This document shows positions 25,095-37,869 of a stretch of DNA of 64,000 nt, in pieces; the first letter of the stretch is position 1, and each line of letters starts with the position of its first letter. The stretch spans positions 154,072,001-154,136,000 of the forward strand of contig CM059431.1 in the NCBI GenBank assembly GCA_030390025.1, read 5' to 3'. The DNA is from Squalus acanthias (taxonomy: Eukaryota). The notes below the pieces were generated by a model. The model was not told where the DNA came from. It did no database searches and saw only the letters and a program-made list of their open reading frames with translations. Position numbers and translations under genes: made by a program.

Positions 25095-25250
25095 GTGACA
25101 GAATAGTTTTCCATCTCTCTCATTGACATTGCATGAGTCGCTGATGATGAATCTGAAGCTCTAATAGATGGATTTAAGATCATCTGCAATATGCAATGTG
25201 CACGTAACCTTGGCATCACATCTCTGACTCTTTCCTTTACTCCCGCATAG

Positions 25251-25919
25251 GAACATCGCAACCACCCATCCCCACGAGCCAGGAGGAAGAGCCTGAGCAG
25301 CCAGACTCCTCAGAGGAAGCTGCAACCTCTGAGGGCGTAGCGTCAGCAGAACTCAGCGCAAGCAGCACCAGCGCAGACACTCACACCTCGGTGGGACCCA
25401 AGAGGACATAGAGTAGTGTTGTCACCTGGTGTATCACAGCTCACAATTGAGCATCAGCATATGGTGGAGACAGGGACAGCAGGGAGAGTCCTAGTCGGGG
25501 GGAGCAGGACTCTCCTAGATCGGCTCAGCTGCATATCGACACTCTGCCTCTGGGTTCATCCATAAGGTCAGCGGTGCTGGGACTCCAGGAACAGATGCAG
25601 GAGTCTCTGACATGTTTTGTCTCCAGGGTCGCTGCGAGTGTGGAGCGAATGGAGGAGTCCATAGCGAACATGAGCAGAGACTTTGTGGAGTCATTGGCGC
25701 ATGAACGCATCACCAGGGAAAGGATGGCAACCTTGCTGGAAACGGTGGCTACAGTAGAGGAGATGATGGCTACCGCTATGGAGGAGATAAGTCGCCAGAG
25801 TGTAGAAAACATGCTCATTGTTCAGAATAGACTGGCATCTCTTGAGGAGCGATTTTCATCTATTGAACACAGAAACCAAACCTTCATGGAAGTCCTTGTG
25901 AGTAGGACTTCCAGTTCAG
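25251..25919 (+). pseudogene. Harbinger Myb/SANT-like protein, exon 3 (acidic/Ser-rich plus coiled-coil), frameshifted and truncated
   Basis: gcatag acceptor and coiled-coil-like ORF 25574-26014. Stop/frameshift near 25405. Cut by the deletion junction at 25919. Confidence 0.7.
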
Positions 25920-26206
25920 GTTTCACTGGCGTGTTTCAAATCAGGCGTGCTTCACGTGGGAAAAGGGTTAAACTACCTAAAAAGTTTCAAAATGGTATTA
26001 CAGAGCCAGTTTAGGGCTTGTTAAGGGCTTTAGTGGCCTCTCCCGCCTCTTGCATGCGGGACTTAGGCGGGAACACCGCAAACGATATTATCAAAATTGC
26101 GTGGAGGCGGAATGGAGTCGGCATCAGTTCCGCACGCCACTTTTCGCTATTTTAACACCCCACAAGCCTCCAAACCCGACTCCACGGCCTTATAAAAATC
26201 CAACCC

Positions 26207-26748
26207 ATTGAGTGTGTCTGCTTCCACCACTTCTGCCGGAATCGAATTACAGCTCCTCTCCACTCGCTGCGTAAAAAAGATTTTCCTCACATCTCACATG
26301 AATCTCTTGCCCAAAGCCTTAAATCTGTGTCCCCTGGTTCTTGTACCATCAGCTAGTGGGAAACGCTTCTCCCCGTCTAGCCTATCCAAAACCGGCATAA
26401 TCTTGCACACTACTATCAAATCAATCTTCAATCTCCTTAGCTCGAATGAAAACAAATCCAGCTTTTCCAACCTGTCCTTGTAGCAAAGGTCCCCCATCCC
26501 CGGAACCATTCTGGTAAATCTACTCTGCATCCTCTCAAGGGCATTCACATACTTCATAAAGTGTGGTGACCAGAACTGGACGCAATAATCAAGTTGTGGC
26601 CTAACCATCACTTTATAAATGTTCAGCATAACTTCTCTACTTTTGTGCTCAATACCTCCATTTATGAAGCCCAAGATCTCATATATTTTGTTATCCACTC
26701 TCTCAAAATGTCCTGCCACCTTCATGGGCCTATGCACATTAACTCGCA
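26207..26748 (-). mobile_element. CR1 RT C-terminal fragment between the two Harbinger copies
   Basis: VRPQLDYCVQFWSP and RTRGHRFK in ORF 26294-26860. Looks like the same subfamily as 46700-47660 and 62526-64000. Confidence 0.85.
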
Positions 26749-26750
26749 GG

Positions 26751-29700
26751 TTCATCTCTCTCATTGACATTGCATGAGTCACTGATAATGAATCTGAAGC
26801 TCTAACAGATGGATTTATGATCATCTGCAATATGCAATGTGCATGTAACCTTGGCATCACATCTCTGACTCTTTCCTTTACTCCCCCACAGGACCATCAC
26901 AAGCACCCGTCCCCACTAGCCAGGAGGAAGTGACTGAGCATCCAGACTCATCAGAGGAAGCTGCAACCTCTGAGGGCGCAGCGTCAGCAGAATTCAGTGC
27001 ATCCAGCACCAGCGCAGACACTCACACCTCGGTGGGACCCCCGTGACATAAAGTAGTCTTGTCACCTGGTGTATCACAGCTCAAAATTGAGCATCAGCCG
27101 ATGGTGGAGACAGGGACATCAGTGGAGAGACCTAGTCGGAGGGCGCAGGACTCTCCTAGCTCGGCTCAGTTGCTTGTCAACTCTCTGCCTCTGGGGCCAT
27201 GCATAAGATCAGCGGTGCTGGAAATCCAGGAATAGATGCAGGCGTCTCTGACAGGTTTTGTCTCCAGGGTCGCTGCGAGTGTGGAGCGAATGAAGGAGTC
27301 CATAGCAAATATGATCAGAGCCTTTTTGGAGTCATTGGCGGATGAACGCATCACAATGGAAAGGATGGCAAACTCCATGGAGGTGATAAGTCGCCAGAGT
27401 GCAGAAAACATGGTGAGAGTTCTTAATAGAATGACATCTCTGGAGGAGCGATGAACATCTATTGAACAGTGAAACCAGACCTTCATGGAAGTCCTTCTGA
27501 GTAGTACTGCCAGTGCAGATACGGGTCCCCATGGTCCCCCTGATGTGCAGCAAGGTGCTCTCAATCCACTTGCAAGCGCTGAGGTGGACCTGACCCATGA
27601 GAGGGATGTTGGTGGCAGACAACAAGGAGGTGGGGGCTCCTCTCCAAGCGCTCACACTTCCATGCCACTGACAAGTCCTCGGTCAGAGCCTCACCAGAGT
27701 CCGCACCCAACTGAGATCTGCGTCTCAACCCCTGCCCAGCCGCAAGAGCAGCAGACTGTTGCCGAGCCCTCGCAGGTTCTTAACCCCAGAGCACGCCCGC
27801 CAAAGGTGTCGAGGCAGGAGCAGCAACAAACTGAGCAGGGGGCCTCCACTTCTGCTGAAGCCACAGCAGAAGTATCAAGTAGGAGCACGCGTAAGAGAAA
27901 GAAACTGCACAAATAGTCACAAGGGTAGTCATTTGGGTGAATTTTGATGTTGAATGTGAAAAAGCCATCAGGTGTAAAGTGTAAATAAAAACTCTGATGG
28001 CTACAGCTGCAGTTGTGGCGTCTGTCTTTTCGCTAATGGGACTTCCACAATGATGCCTTAGGATAACTTGAAATTATCATTATGGTGGTCACATTGTTAG
28101 GGATCCGCTTGTTCTGGGGCATTGTCGTAGCTCTGGTAAGAAGCCGCGAGCCAAAAGTGTTTGCTTGTCTAGGCTTAACAAATCTGGCCAAGATGAGTGC
28201 GTTCCTTGCATTCCGGGCAGCTATGGTCTCGCGTAATGCTGCCGCTGGTTGAGGGGGCTCAACAAGTTGTTCGTTCTCTCTCTCCTCCTCCTCCACCTCC
28301 TCCTCATCTGAGGAGGCTATGTGAGGAGCCACTTGGTCCTCCGGCATCTGTAAGCCACGAAGCTGTGCCATGTTGTGAAGTGCACAGCAAACCACGCCGA
28401 TTCAGGAGACCCTGGCTGCTGAGTATTGCATCTGATATATCCAGGCATCTGAAGCGCATCTTGAGCATTCCGATGGTTTGCTCGATTATGGCTCTCGTGG
28501 AAATGTGGCTGGAGTTGTAGCTCTCCTCAGCTGCGTTGGATGGGCTCCTCAACGGCGTCATTAGCCACGTCTTCAGGGGATAGCCCTTGTCTCCAAGGAG
28601 CAATCCGTGAAGTTGGTCTGGCGGACTGAATAGCGGAGGCACACTAGATTGGCGCAGTATGAAGGAGTCATGGCAACTGCCAGGGTACTTGGCACAAACA
28701 TGCAGAACTTCCTTCTTGTGGTAACACACCAGCTGAACGTTGAGGGAGTGTTTGTCCTTGCGGTTGACAAACATACCTGGATTGCGATGGGGTCCCTTAA
28801 GGGCCACATGTGTGCAGTCAACGAAGCCCTGCACGCTTGGAAAGCCTGCCAGATTAGTTCATCCAACAGCACGCCCCGTGAAACTTGCTCGATCATTGGT
28901 GAAATGAATGTGATTGTGCGCTATGGCAAAGAGGGCATCGTTTACCTGCGTGATGCAGGTCTGTGCGGCCGCCTAGGAGATGCCGCAGAGGTCTGCTGCT
29001 GATCCCTGGAATGAGCCTGAGGCAACAATGGTGAGTGCGGTGGTGACTTTGACGGACACTGATAAGGGGTGTCCACCTGGTCCTCTGGGCTCCAGCTCAT
29101 GTTGCAGCATTGCGCAGATGTTACCCACTATCTCTCGCGAAAGTCGGAGCCGCGTTTGGCACTGCTGCTCAGACATGTTCAGGTAGCTGACCCTGTGTCT
29201 GTAGACCCTGTTTCGGGGGTATCTCCTGCGCCGACGGCTTTCCGTGCGCTGGCCCCTTCTGGCCGGTGCAGCTTCAGGTGGGTGAGCAGCAGATAGGCGC
29301 TCCTGCTATTGCTGCTGCTGTTGTTGCGGCTTTTGTTCATGATCTGCTGGTGCCGCGGCTGGTGTACGTCCTCATCTGATGCCCAGGAGGGAAGGAAATA
29401 AATGGCTCCCATGTCTCTGGTATATGCCTCAATTGAGGAAGGGCTCAATAAGGGTGGCGAAAGGGGTTACCAGGAGCTCACTCTGGATATGGGTGTCAGG
29501 CTCCAAACTTCCAGAGCATTGGTTATGCCGTCTAAAAGTTCCCCAGACCTGTGACAACAATGTCCTGCAACCTGCAAATGATGGCTGCTCAAATCTCCTA
29601 TATAATGGCTGAGCTGCAGCTGAGAGTCAGCAATCCACTTCTGCTCTCGCCAGGTTTCACCGGCGTGTTTCAGCTCAGGCGTGCTTCACTGGAAAAAGGG

Positions 29701-29938
29701 TTGAACTAGCAAAACACTATCAAATGGCATTACAGAGCCAATTTAGGGCTTGTTAAGGGCATTAATGACCTCTCCCGCCTCTTGGAGTCGGGACGGAGAC
29801 GGGATCAGTCGACACGATTTCATCAAAATTGCGTGGAGGCGGGATGGAGGCGGGATCGGGCCCGGCCGCCCTTTTCTGCAATTTTAATCCCCCACACGCC
29901 TCCAATCCCGCCTCAGCGGCCCTATGAAAATCCAGCCT
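26751..29938. mobile_element. PIF/Harbinger element B: left-truncated; Myb/SANT gene 3' part (+), convergent transposase (-), right TIR
   Basis: 26751-27518 duplicates 25110-25919. + frame ends STRKRKKLHK* at 27916, followed by AATAAA. Right TIR AAAATCCAGCCT ends at 29938. Confidence 0.85.
28175..29412 (-). pseudogene. Harbinger DDE transposase (HARBI1-like family), frameshifted
   Basis: [52 protein letters not shown] and CCALHN motifs spread over ORFs 28033-28395, 28304-28834 and 28973-29176. Confidence 0.92.
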
Positions 29939-31154
29939 GTGGTCTGTAACGAAGAGGAATTCACGACATATGTCTCATACAGGACGATTCTTTTCATTAA
30001 TAGGAGAACTTAGGCTAAAATTAGAGACCGTCCATTTGATCTTGTCTTTATTTTCGGATAGTTATCTATTGGATGCACTGAGGTTCACAAATGCCACTAA
30101 ATAATGCCTAAATCTATTGAGAAATCAACTGATGGGGATTGTAACAAATCGCTCGAATATGCATCAGAGCAGGTGGAATGACATTCCCTCTCATTTTCCT
30201 TTCCTCCTGATCTCTGATGATGCCTTGGCACAGCAGTGCGGCTGGAAACAGGACTCAGAATTTGAGTAATCGCAGACGCGAACCCACATCTAAATGCCTC
30301 ACTTGGCATCATTGATTTCAACAAAAACATTATTGATTCGGAAAATCGGATCTGTTCGAAGAATTGGAATTTTAGAAAAGTACAATTAAAACTCGCTTGT
30401 ACATTATTCAATCTGCAAATCATAACAATGTTATTTGGCTCCAGTTTAAAATAAAACATATATTTCGTTACTGATAATGCCAGTGGCACAAGGGACAGTA
30501 AGCAGAGGACACCGATTTCAGGTAATTAGCTAAAAAGCCAGAGGGCACATGAGGAAAAACATTTATGGAGCTAGTTGTTATGACCTGGAAATCCCTGCCT
30601 GAAATGCTGGTGGAATCAGATACAGTAGTAGCTTTCCAAAGATAATTTTATACATACTTGAAAGAGATAAATATGCAGGGCTATGGGGAAAGAGCAGGGA
30701 AGTGGACGAATTGGAGAGCTCTTTCGAAAAACCGGCACAAGCACGAAGGTTTGAACTAGCTTCTTCTATGTTGTACGATTCTGTGAATCTAAGAAATGGT
30801 GTCTTTCTCCCAACAGCGATCTACTTTATCATGATTAAAGGGCAGGGGAAAATATCTTACTGATTAATCCGGATTCTCCCGTGGTGCGAAGAGTGCGATG
30901 GATTCCAATGTGATATTGCCAACATCCATTCTGATGTAATTAAATGTGCATCGCAGCACTTTCAGGCATTACCAGAACAGACACTCCGGTGCCATCTCTT
31001 ACGATTCCATTTAGCACAGCAAAAAGTGGAATGAGTGAATGTGTTCATTAATTGATCGAATTCAATATCCGTTGCTGCTTTTACCTAATATTACCCCACA
31101 TGCCAGTAAAACATTAGATGCTGATAATGCTTTTTAACATATTCGGTAAATTAA

Positions 31155-32810
31155 CTGAGTATTTTACATTTGTGTAGCACGGGCTCCAGCTGATGGATGC
31201 CTTCATCTTGTATCCCACAGGTACTGAGATTCAACTCTTCAATCACTTCAACGGCCTTTAGTGCGATTGACAGAACCTCACACTCAGAAGGTATAAGAGG
31301 ACACAGTGTGAATTTCATTGTCTTTATCGGTGTTAATGCGGCCTTCATCATTTTAATGTCTCCAAATTGAAGAAAATAATGCAATAACTGTAAGAAAGTC
31401 CTTTGGCTTTGCCCATCTTCCAGGTTCTGAACACGTCTTTTGACATTTTCTGTGAGCCAATCCGACACACACGGGAATGCTTCAGAAGGAATTTCCCCCA
31501 TTTTTCTTTCAAGCTGATCATGTTGAATTCCGTGAGGACAGACCGACAAGAAAACTGATAATATATTTAATCTCTCGTCAATGCACGTATACCCTTCATT
31601 GAGCAATCGTGTCTATCCTTTTGCTGGCGTGCTTAGACTTTTGATAAGTGCAGCGACAATGTCCAGCACGGCGGAATGAGTGAATGTGTAGACAACACTA
31701 GACAGATGTTCATCACGAATCTCCATCATAAACGCAGAGACAGCTTTGGAAAGTTTAAGTCTGTGGCGATTGATTTGGTTTTCATTAAACACAACGGTTT
31801 TGTTGCAAAATCCCTTGTAGGCTAACTCGTCCAGTTTCAGCAACATGTCGCGAGAGCTTTCTACGTAACAGCCGCATCTCTCTAAACGTTTGGTCACGTA
31901 CTCGAAGAACATCCGTGTGCTGGTTGTGACGGGCAAGGTCTCTCCCCCGCTGATTGTGTCCGGTGTAATGCTAATATTGAAGTGAGGACCGAGCAATACA
32001 AAGGATTATAGCACATAGTGTACAATGTCTCATTCTGCTCAATGTACTCGATTACATCTGTCGAAAACTGTTGATCTCCAAAATAACGGCAGGCAGAAGT
32101 ATTGTTTTATTTTCTCAGAGGTGAAACCCAGAATTTCGACCGTTAGAATTATGTTTGCCTTTCTCAGCGTCTTCAATTTCCACGGCCGGCTTGTGATCAG
32201 TACTGAACAGCCTTTCAGTAAATGTCCCTGTGTGAGGCTGCGCACGATGTCTGAAACTTCACTGCAGCACTCGGATCGAAACATTGATATTGGCGTTCGT
32301 TGTCTCTCTGAATATCGGTGAAATCGATAGTTTGTTCAAATTGGTCTAAATCAGCAAATATAAAGAATATCTTTCCGGTTCTTTCCACAGACGTTCCAAC
32401 TCAGCTTGGAAATGGGGGTAGGAATCTAGGATCAGGCTATTTCGACATGTTTTTCCTTTTATTAAATTCAATTGTCGAACCTTAAAAGGAAAGAAATCTT
32501 TAACCTGTTTGTATATTTTCCTGCGGCCCAATCATGGATTATCTTCTGTATCATGCAGTATTTCCTAATCCCCGTGGACCCAATTACCACGGTTGTCGCG
32601 GAACTGCCTGTTTTCGTGAAACTCAGCAATTGATTCAGGTGAATTTCTTCTAGTTCATTCTGGACGGTTTTGCTCTGTAATTCTTCAAGCTCTCTACCTC
32701 GGACCTTCAGTTCATTTTCTACTAATCTTTGCTCACGCAGGGAAGCAACAATCGTTACTTTAGTACATTTTTGGTTTTGAGGAGGGTTGCTTTGTGCTGC
32801 AGTTCTATCT
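31155..32810 (-). pseudogene. NLR copy 2: NACHT exon, multiply frameshifted; no LRR or N-terminal exons found
   Basis: ORFs 31151-31606, 31613-31996, 32039-32284 and 32346-32531 align with ORF 54420-56102. Walker A degraded (GSTGIRKY); donor reads TT. Confidence 0.93.
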
Positions 32811-33354
32811 CTTGAATATGAACAACGTCATTGGTGTAGTCTTTGAAATTCAGGCAATAAATATTTGACAGATCAGTGCTAGGAAGGAAACACTAATCAT
32901 CATGAAACACAAAAATCTAGAAAAATTCTGACCAATGAGTCAGCCAATAATTATTTTACAGTTTAGTGCCCAGACACACTTAGCAAAAAAGACAATATCT
33001 GTACACATCATACATTTCTGAAGTACCAGGAAAATGCATTATGAAGCAAGCTTCAGTATTGAGGGCTGTTTGCTTTTGTGTTTTGAGCTTCTGGTGATGA
33101 AGATTTCTAAATTACAAGAAAAATAGCAAACGTCAATATTGCAAAATTACTGGCATTTTATCTTCACAGGTCAATATGGGTTATGAACGACCCGTGGTTT
33201 CGTCATGTAATAAACGATGTTGGGAAATCACGGGTCTGGCCAGCAATCGAGTTCATTCATTACTTTCTAATCCTGGGGGATTGTTTGTTCTGATTCTGCT
33301 GCTCACTGCTTTAACGGCCAGAAGTGTTTTTACTGACAAGCACATGAGACGAGA

Positions 33355-33530
33355 AAGGTAGTGTAGTGCTAATGTCTCTGGGCGAGTAATCCAGAGGGAA
33401 TGGACTAATGATCTAGGGACGTGAGTTCAAATCCCACGACAGCAGCTGGGGAATTTAAAATCAGTTAATTAAATAAATCTGGAATAAAACGCTAGTATCA
33501 GTAAAGGTAAGCATGAAACTATCGAATTGA
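33355..33530 (+). mobile_element. tRNA-derived SINE 5' part (shark HE1-like)
   Basis: A-box-like GTAGTGTAGTGCTAA and B-box GAGTTCAAATCCC, followed by an AT-rich body. Family name is from recall, not a search. Confidence 0.6.
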
Positions 33531-36500
33531 CCTCGTCCTCGCCTGTCGCAGATGCAGCTGTCCGTAGCAGTGACGAAGTCCCGTATTCATACTGAGGACA
33601 CACTCCACCGTGCTAAATTCAGAATAGATCTAGCAGTTTAAAACTAGGCATCCATGAGGCAGCAGCAGAATTGTAACCTGGGATCACTGCAACACAGGAC
33701 TGCATGCATGCTAAAACACGGAGGCAGACTGCTCTAGACAGGACTAAGAAACCCCGCATTCAACGGATTAGATCAAAGCTCTGCAGTCCTGCCACATCCA
33801 GTCGTTAAACAATTAACGGGAAGAGGACTGATTATCCCCATCCTCAATGATGGTGGAGACCAGCACACGAGTTCAAAAGACAAGGCTGAAGCATTTGCAA
33901 CCATCTTCAGCCAGAAATGCCGAGTGGATGATCCATATCGGCCTACTCCTGAGGTGCGCACTGGATACAGCAAAGGTTACAACATCCCGGCTATCAAGCT
34001 GAAGACATGTGCTCTAGCGCCTCTAGCAAAGCTGTTCCAATACAGCTACAATAACTGGCATCTATCCGACGATGTGAAAATCTGCCCAGTTAAATCCTGT
34101 CCACAAAAACAAAAATATATCAAATTACCGCCCTATCAGTCTAATCTCAATCATCAGGAAGGTGTAATCCACAATGCATTCAATCAGTAATTACCCACCA
34201 ATTACCTGCTCACTGATGCCCAGTTTGGGTTCTGCCAAGACCACTCGGCTGCCGACCACATTACAGCCTTGGTTCAAACATTGACAAAGGAGATGAATTC
34301 TGGAGGTGAGTTGAGAGTGACTGCCCTGGACATTAAGGCAGCATTTGACCGAGTGTGGCATGCGGTGCGAGTTGTGTTTGATTGATTGGGGAATGTCACT
34401 CAAAGGGTTGACGGTGGATAGGCAATGGCAAACATTCAAAGACCGCATGGACGAACTACAGAATTTGTTCATCCCAGTTTGGCATAAGAATAAAACACAA
34501 ATGGTGACTCAAGAGTGGATAACAAGGGAAATTAGGGATAGCATAAGATCCAAGAAGAGGGCATATACATTGGCCAGAAAAAGTAGTAACCCTGTGGATT
34601 GGGAGCAGTTTAAGATTCAACAAAGGAGGAGAAAAGGATTAATTAAGAAGGGGAAAATAGAATACGAGAGTAAGCTTGCACGGAACATAAAATCTGACTG
34701 GAAAAGCTTTTATAGATATGTGAAGAGAAAAATATTAGTGAAATCAAGCATAGGTCCCTTGCAGTCTGAATCAGGGGAACTTATAATGAGGAACAAAGAA
34801 ATGTCAGACCAATGAAATACATATTTTGGTTCTATCTTCACAAAGGAGGACGCAAATAACCTCCCAGAGATGTTGGGGAACATAGGGTCTGATGAAAGGG
34901 AGGAACTGAAAGAAATCCGTATTTGTAGGGAAATGGTGTTAGGGAAATTGAACAGATTGAAGGCCGATAAATCCCCAGGGCCTGATAATCTACATCCTAG
35001 GTTACATAAGGAATGCCCCTTGAAGTAGTAGATGCATTGCTGATCATCTTCCAACATTCCACGGAATCTGGAACAGTACCCTTGGATTGGAGGGTAGCTA
35101 ATGTTACCCCACTATTCAAAAAGGGTGGTAGAGAGAAAACGGGGAATTACAGAACGTTAAGCCTGACATCGGTCGTGGGCAAAATGCTAGAGTCCATTAT
35201 AAAAGATGTAATAGCTGAGAACTTGGAAAACAGTGACAGGATCGGACAAAGTCAGCATGGATTTACAAAAGGTATATCATGATTGACTAATCGACTGGAA
35301 TTTGTTTGAGGATGTAACTGGTAAAATGGATAAGGGAGAACCAGTGGATGTGGTGTATTTGGAATTCCAAAAGGCTTTTGATAAGGTCACGCATAAGAGA
35401 TTAGTGTGTAAAGTTAAGGTACCTGGGATTGGGGGCAAGGTATTGATTTGGATAGAGAACTGGTTCGCAGACAGAAAGCAAAGATTTGGAATAAACGGGT
35501 CTTTTTCTGAGTGGCAGGCTGTGACTAATGGGGTACTGCAGGGATCGATCCTTGGACCCCAGCTATTCACAATATATATTAATGATCTAGACAAGGGAAC
35601 TAGATGTAACATCTCCAAGTTTGCAGACGACACAAAACTGGGTGGGCGTGTGTGCTGCGAGGAGGATGCCGAGAAACTCCAGCATGATTTGGACTGGTTG
35701 GGTGATTGGCCAAACGCGTGGTAGATGCAATATAACGTGGATAAATGCGAGGTTATCCACTTTGGTGTCAAAAACAGAAAGGCAGATTATTATCTGAATG
35801 GCAATAGATTGGGAGAAGGGGAAGTGCAACGAGACCTGGAAGTCCTTGTGCACCGGCGCTGAAGGTAAGCATGCAGATGCAGCAGGCGGTTAAGAAGGCA
35901 TGGTATGTTGGCCTTCATAGCGAGAGCGTTTGTGTACAGGAACAAGGATGACTTGCTGCAGCTGTACAGGGCCTTGGTGAGACCACGCCTTGAGTACTGT
36001 GTGCAGTTTTGGTCGCCTTATCTGAGGAAGGATGTTCTTGCCATGGAAGGAGCTCAGCGAAGATTCACAAGGCTGATACCTGGGATGGCAGGAGTGACGT
36101 ATGAAGAGAGATTCGGTTGATTGGGCTTATACTCGCTTGCGTTTAGAAGAATGAGAGGGGATCTCATTGAAACTTATAAAATTCTGACAGGACAGGACAA
36201 GCTAGATGCTGGAAGGATGTTCCCGATGTTCGGGGAGTCCAGAACCAGTGGTCAAAGTCTAACGATAAGGGGTAAGCCATTCAGGACAGAAATTAGGAGG
36301 AATGTCTTCATCCAGAGTGTGGTGAACCTGTGCAATTCTCTGCCACAGAAGGCAGTAGAGGCCAATTCATTAAATAGATTCAAGAAGGAGTTGGATATAT
36401 TTCTTAAGGCTAAAGGGATCAAGGGATATGGGGAGAAAGCAGGGACAGGGCATTGAATTTGGATGATCAGCCATGATCGCATTGAATGGCAGAGCAGTCT

Positions 36501-37600
36501 AGAGGGCCCGAATGGCCTACTCCTGCTCCTATCTTCTATGATTCTATGATTCTATGGCATCAAGGAGCCCTATTAAAACTGGTGGGAATCGGGGGGGGGG
36601 GGGAATCTCCACTTGCTGGAGTCATACCCTGCACAAAGGAAGATGATAGTGGTGATTGTCTCCTTGGCTCAACCGTTTACATCTGCTTCATCAATGAACT
36701 TCCCTCCAACATAAAGTCAGAAATGGGGATATTAATGATGACTACACAATGTTCAGTGACATTCGCAACTTCCCAGAAAATGAATCAGTCCATGCCCGCA
36801 TACAACAAGACCTAGACGACTTTCAGGCCTGGGCTGATAAGTGACATGTAACATTCGCGCCACAGAAGTGCCATGCAATGATGATCTCTTACAAGCGAGA
36901 GTCTAATCACCGCCCCTTGACATTCAACGGCATTACAATCGCCGAATCCCCAACATTTAGCATCCTGGGGGTCACCATTGACCAGAACTTAACTGGACCA
37001 GCCACATAAATACTATGGCAACAAGAGCAGGTCAGACGCTAGGTATTCTGCGGTGAATGTCTAAACCTTCTGATTTCCCAAAGCCTTTCCAAGGCACAAG
37101 TAAGGAGTATGATGGAATACTCTCCACTTGTCTGTATGAGTGCAGCTCCAACAACACTCAAGAAGCTCGACACCATCGAGGACAAAGCAGCCCGCTTGAT
37201 CGGCTCCCCATCCACGACCGGACACATTCACTACCTGCCTACCGTGGCTGCAGTGTGTACCATCTACAAGAAGCACTGCAGCAACTCGTCAAGGCTTCAT
37301 CGGCAGCAGCTCCCAAACCCGCGATCTGTTCCACCTAGAAGGACAAGGGCAGCTAGCGCATGGGAACACCACCAGCTCCAGGTTCCCCTCCAAGTCAACC
37401 ACCATCCTGACTTAGAAGTATATCGCTGTTCCTTCATCGTCGGTGGCTCTTAATCATTGAACTCCCTCCCTAACAGTAATGTGGGAGTAACTTCACCACA
37501 CGAACTGCAGCGGCCCAAGAAGGCGGCTCAGCACCACCTTCCAAGGGCAATTAGGGATGGGCAATAAATGCTGTCAATGCCAGGGACGCCCACCTCCCAT
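33530..37600 (+). mobile_element. HER1-like LINE, degraded, interrupted by CR1 34362-36554
   Basis: ALDIKAAFDRVW|HQGALLKL is split exactly at the insertion. MEYSPLVCMSAAPTTLKKLD downstream. 3' end GGGCAATTAGGGATGGGCAATAAATGC. Confidence 0.75.
34362..36554 (+). mobile_element. CR1 LINE, 5'-truncated, moderately degraded
   Basis: RT ORF fragments at 34345-36456 and an (ATTCTATG)n tail. TGGCAT duplicated at 34356-34361 and 36555-36560. Confidence 0.92.
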
Positions 37601-37869
37601 AAATTTATATATATATATATATATATAATATAATTACATTTATATGGAGCTGTATGCCTTGAAAATTAACCTATAACTTTTCCAGATGATAATCTGAGAA
37701 TTCAGATTACATTTAATGCCTTAGAAGCACCAGATGCTGATGACCAATTAACGTTACCTCTGACGTTCATATGTTTACCTAAAGACTTATTAAATAACGT
37801 ACAGAGACTAAAGGAACGAATCAGTAAATGAAGCGCCACTCTTCTTTAAGCTAAAAAGGGCTTCAAATA

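Larger units (their letters stand above)
19649..26206 (+). mobile_element. PIF/Harbinger element A: internally deleted (no transposase), carries the Myb/SANT-like gene and the nested LTR element
   Basis: Left TIR GGGCTGGATTTT (19649), right TIR AAAATCCAACCC (ends 26206). Segment 25920-26206 matches the right end of element B (29654-29938). Confidence 0.8.

Noticed and set aside
26294..26860. 188-aa ORF as a gene
   Set aside because: Chimera of antisense Harbinger intron and a CR1 RT fragment.
28175..29412. Domesticated host HARBI1 gene
   Set aside because: Multiple stops and frameshifts, with a TIR and a convergent Myb/SANT partner, indicate a decayed transposon.
33355..33440. tRNA gene
   Set aside because: A/B boxes are present but there is no cloverleaf, and it continues into a SINE body.
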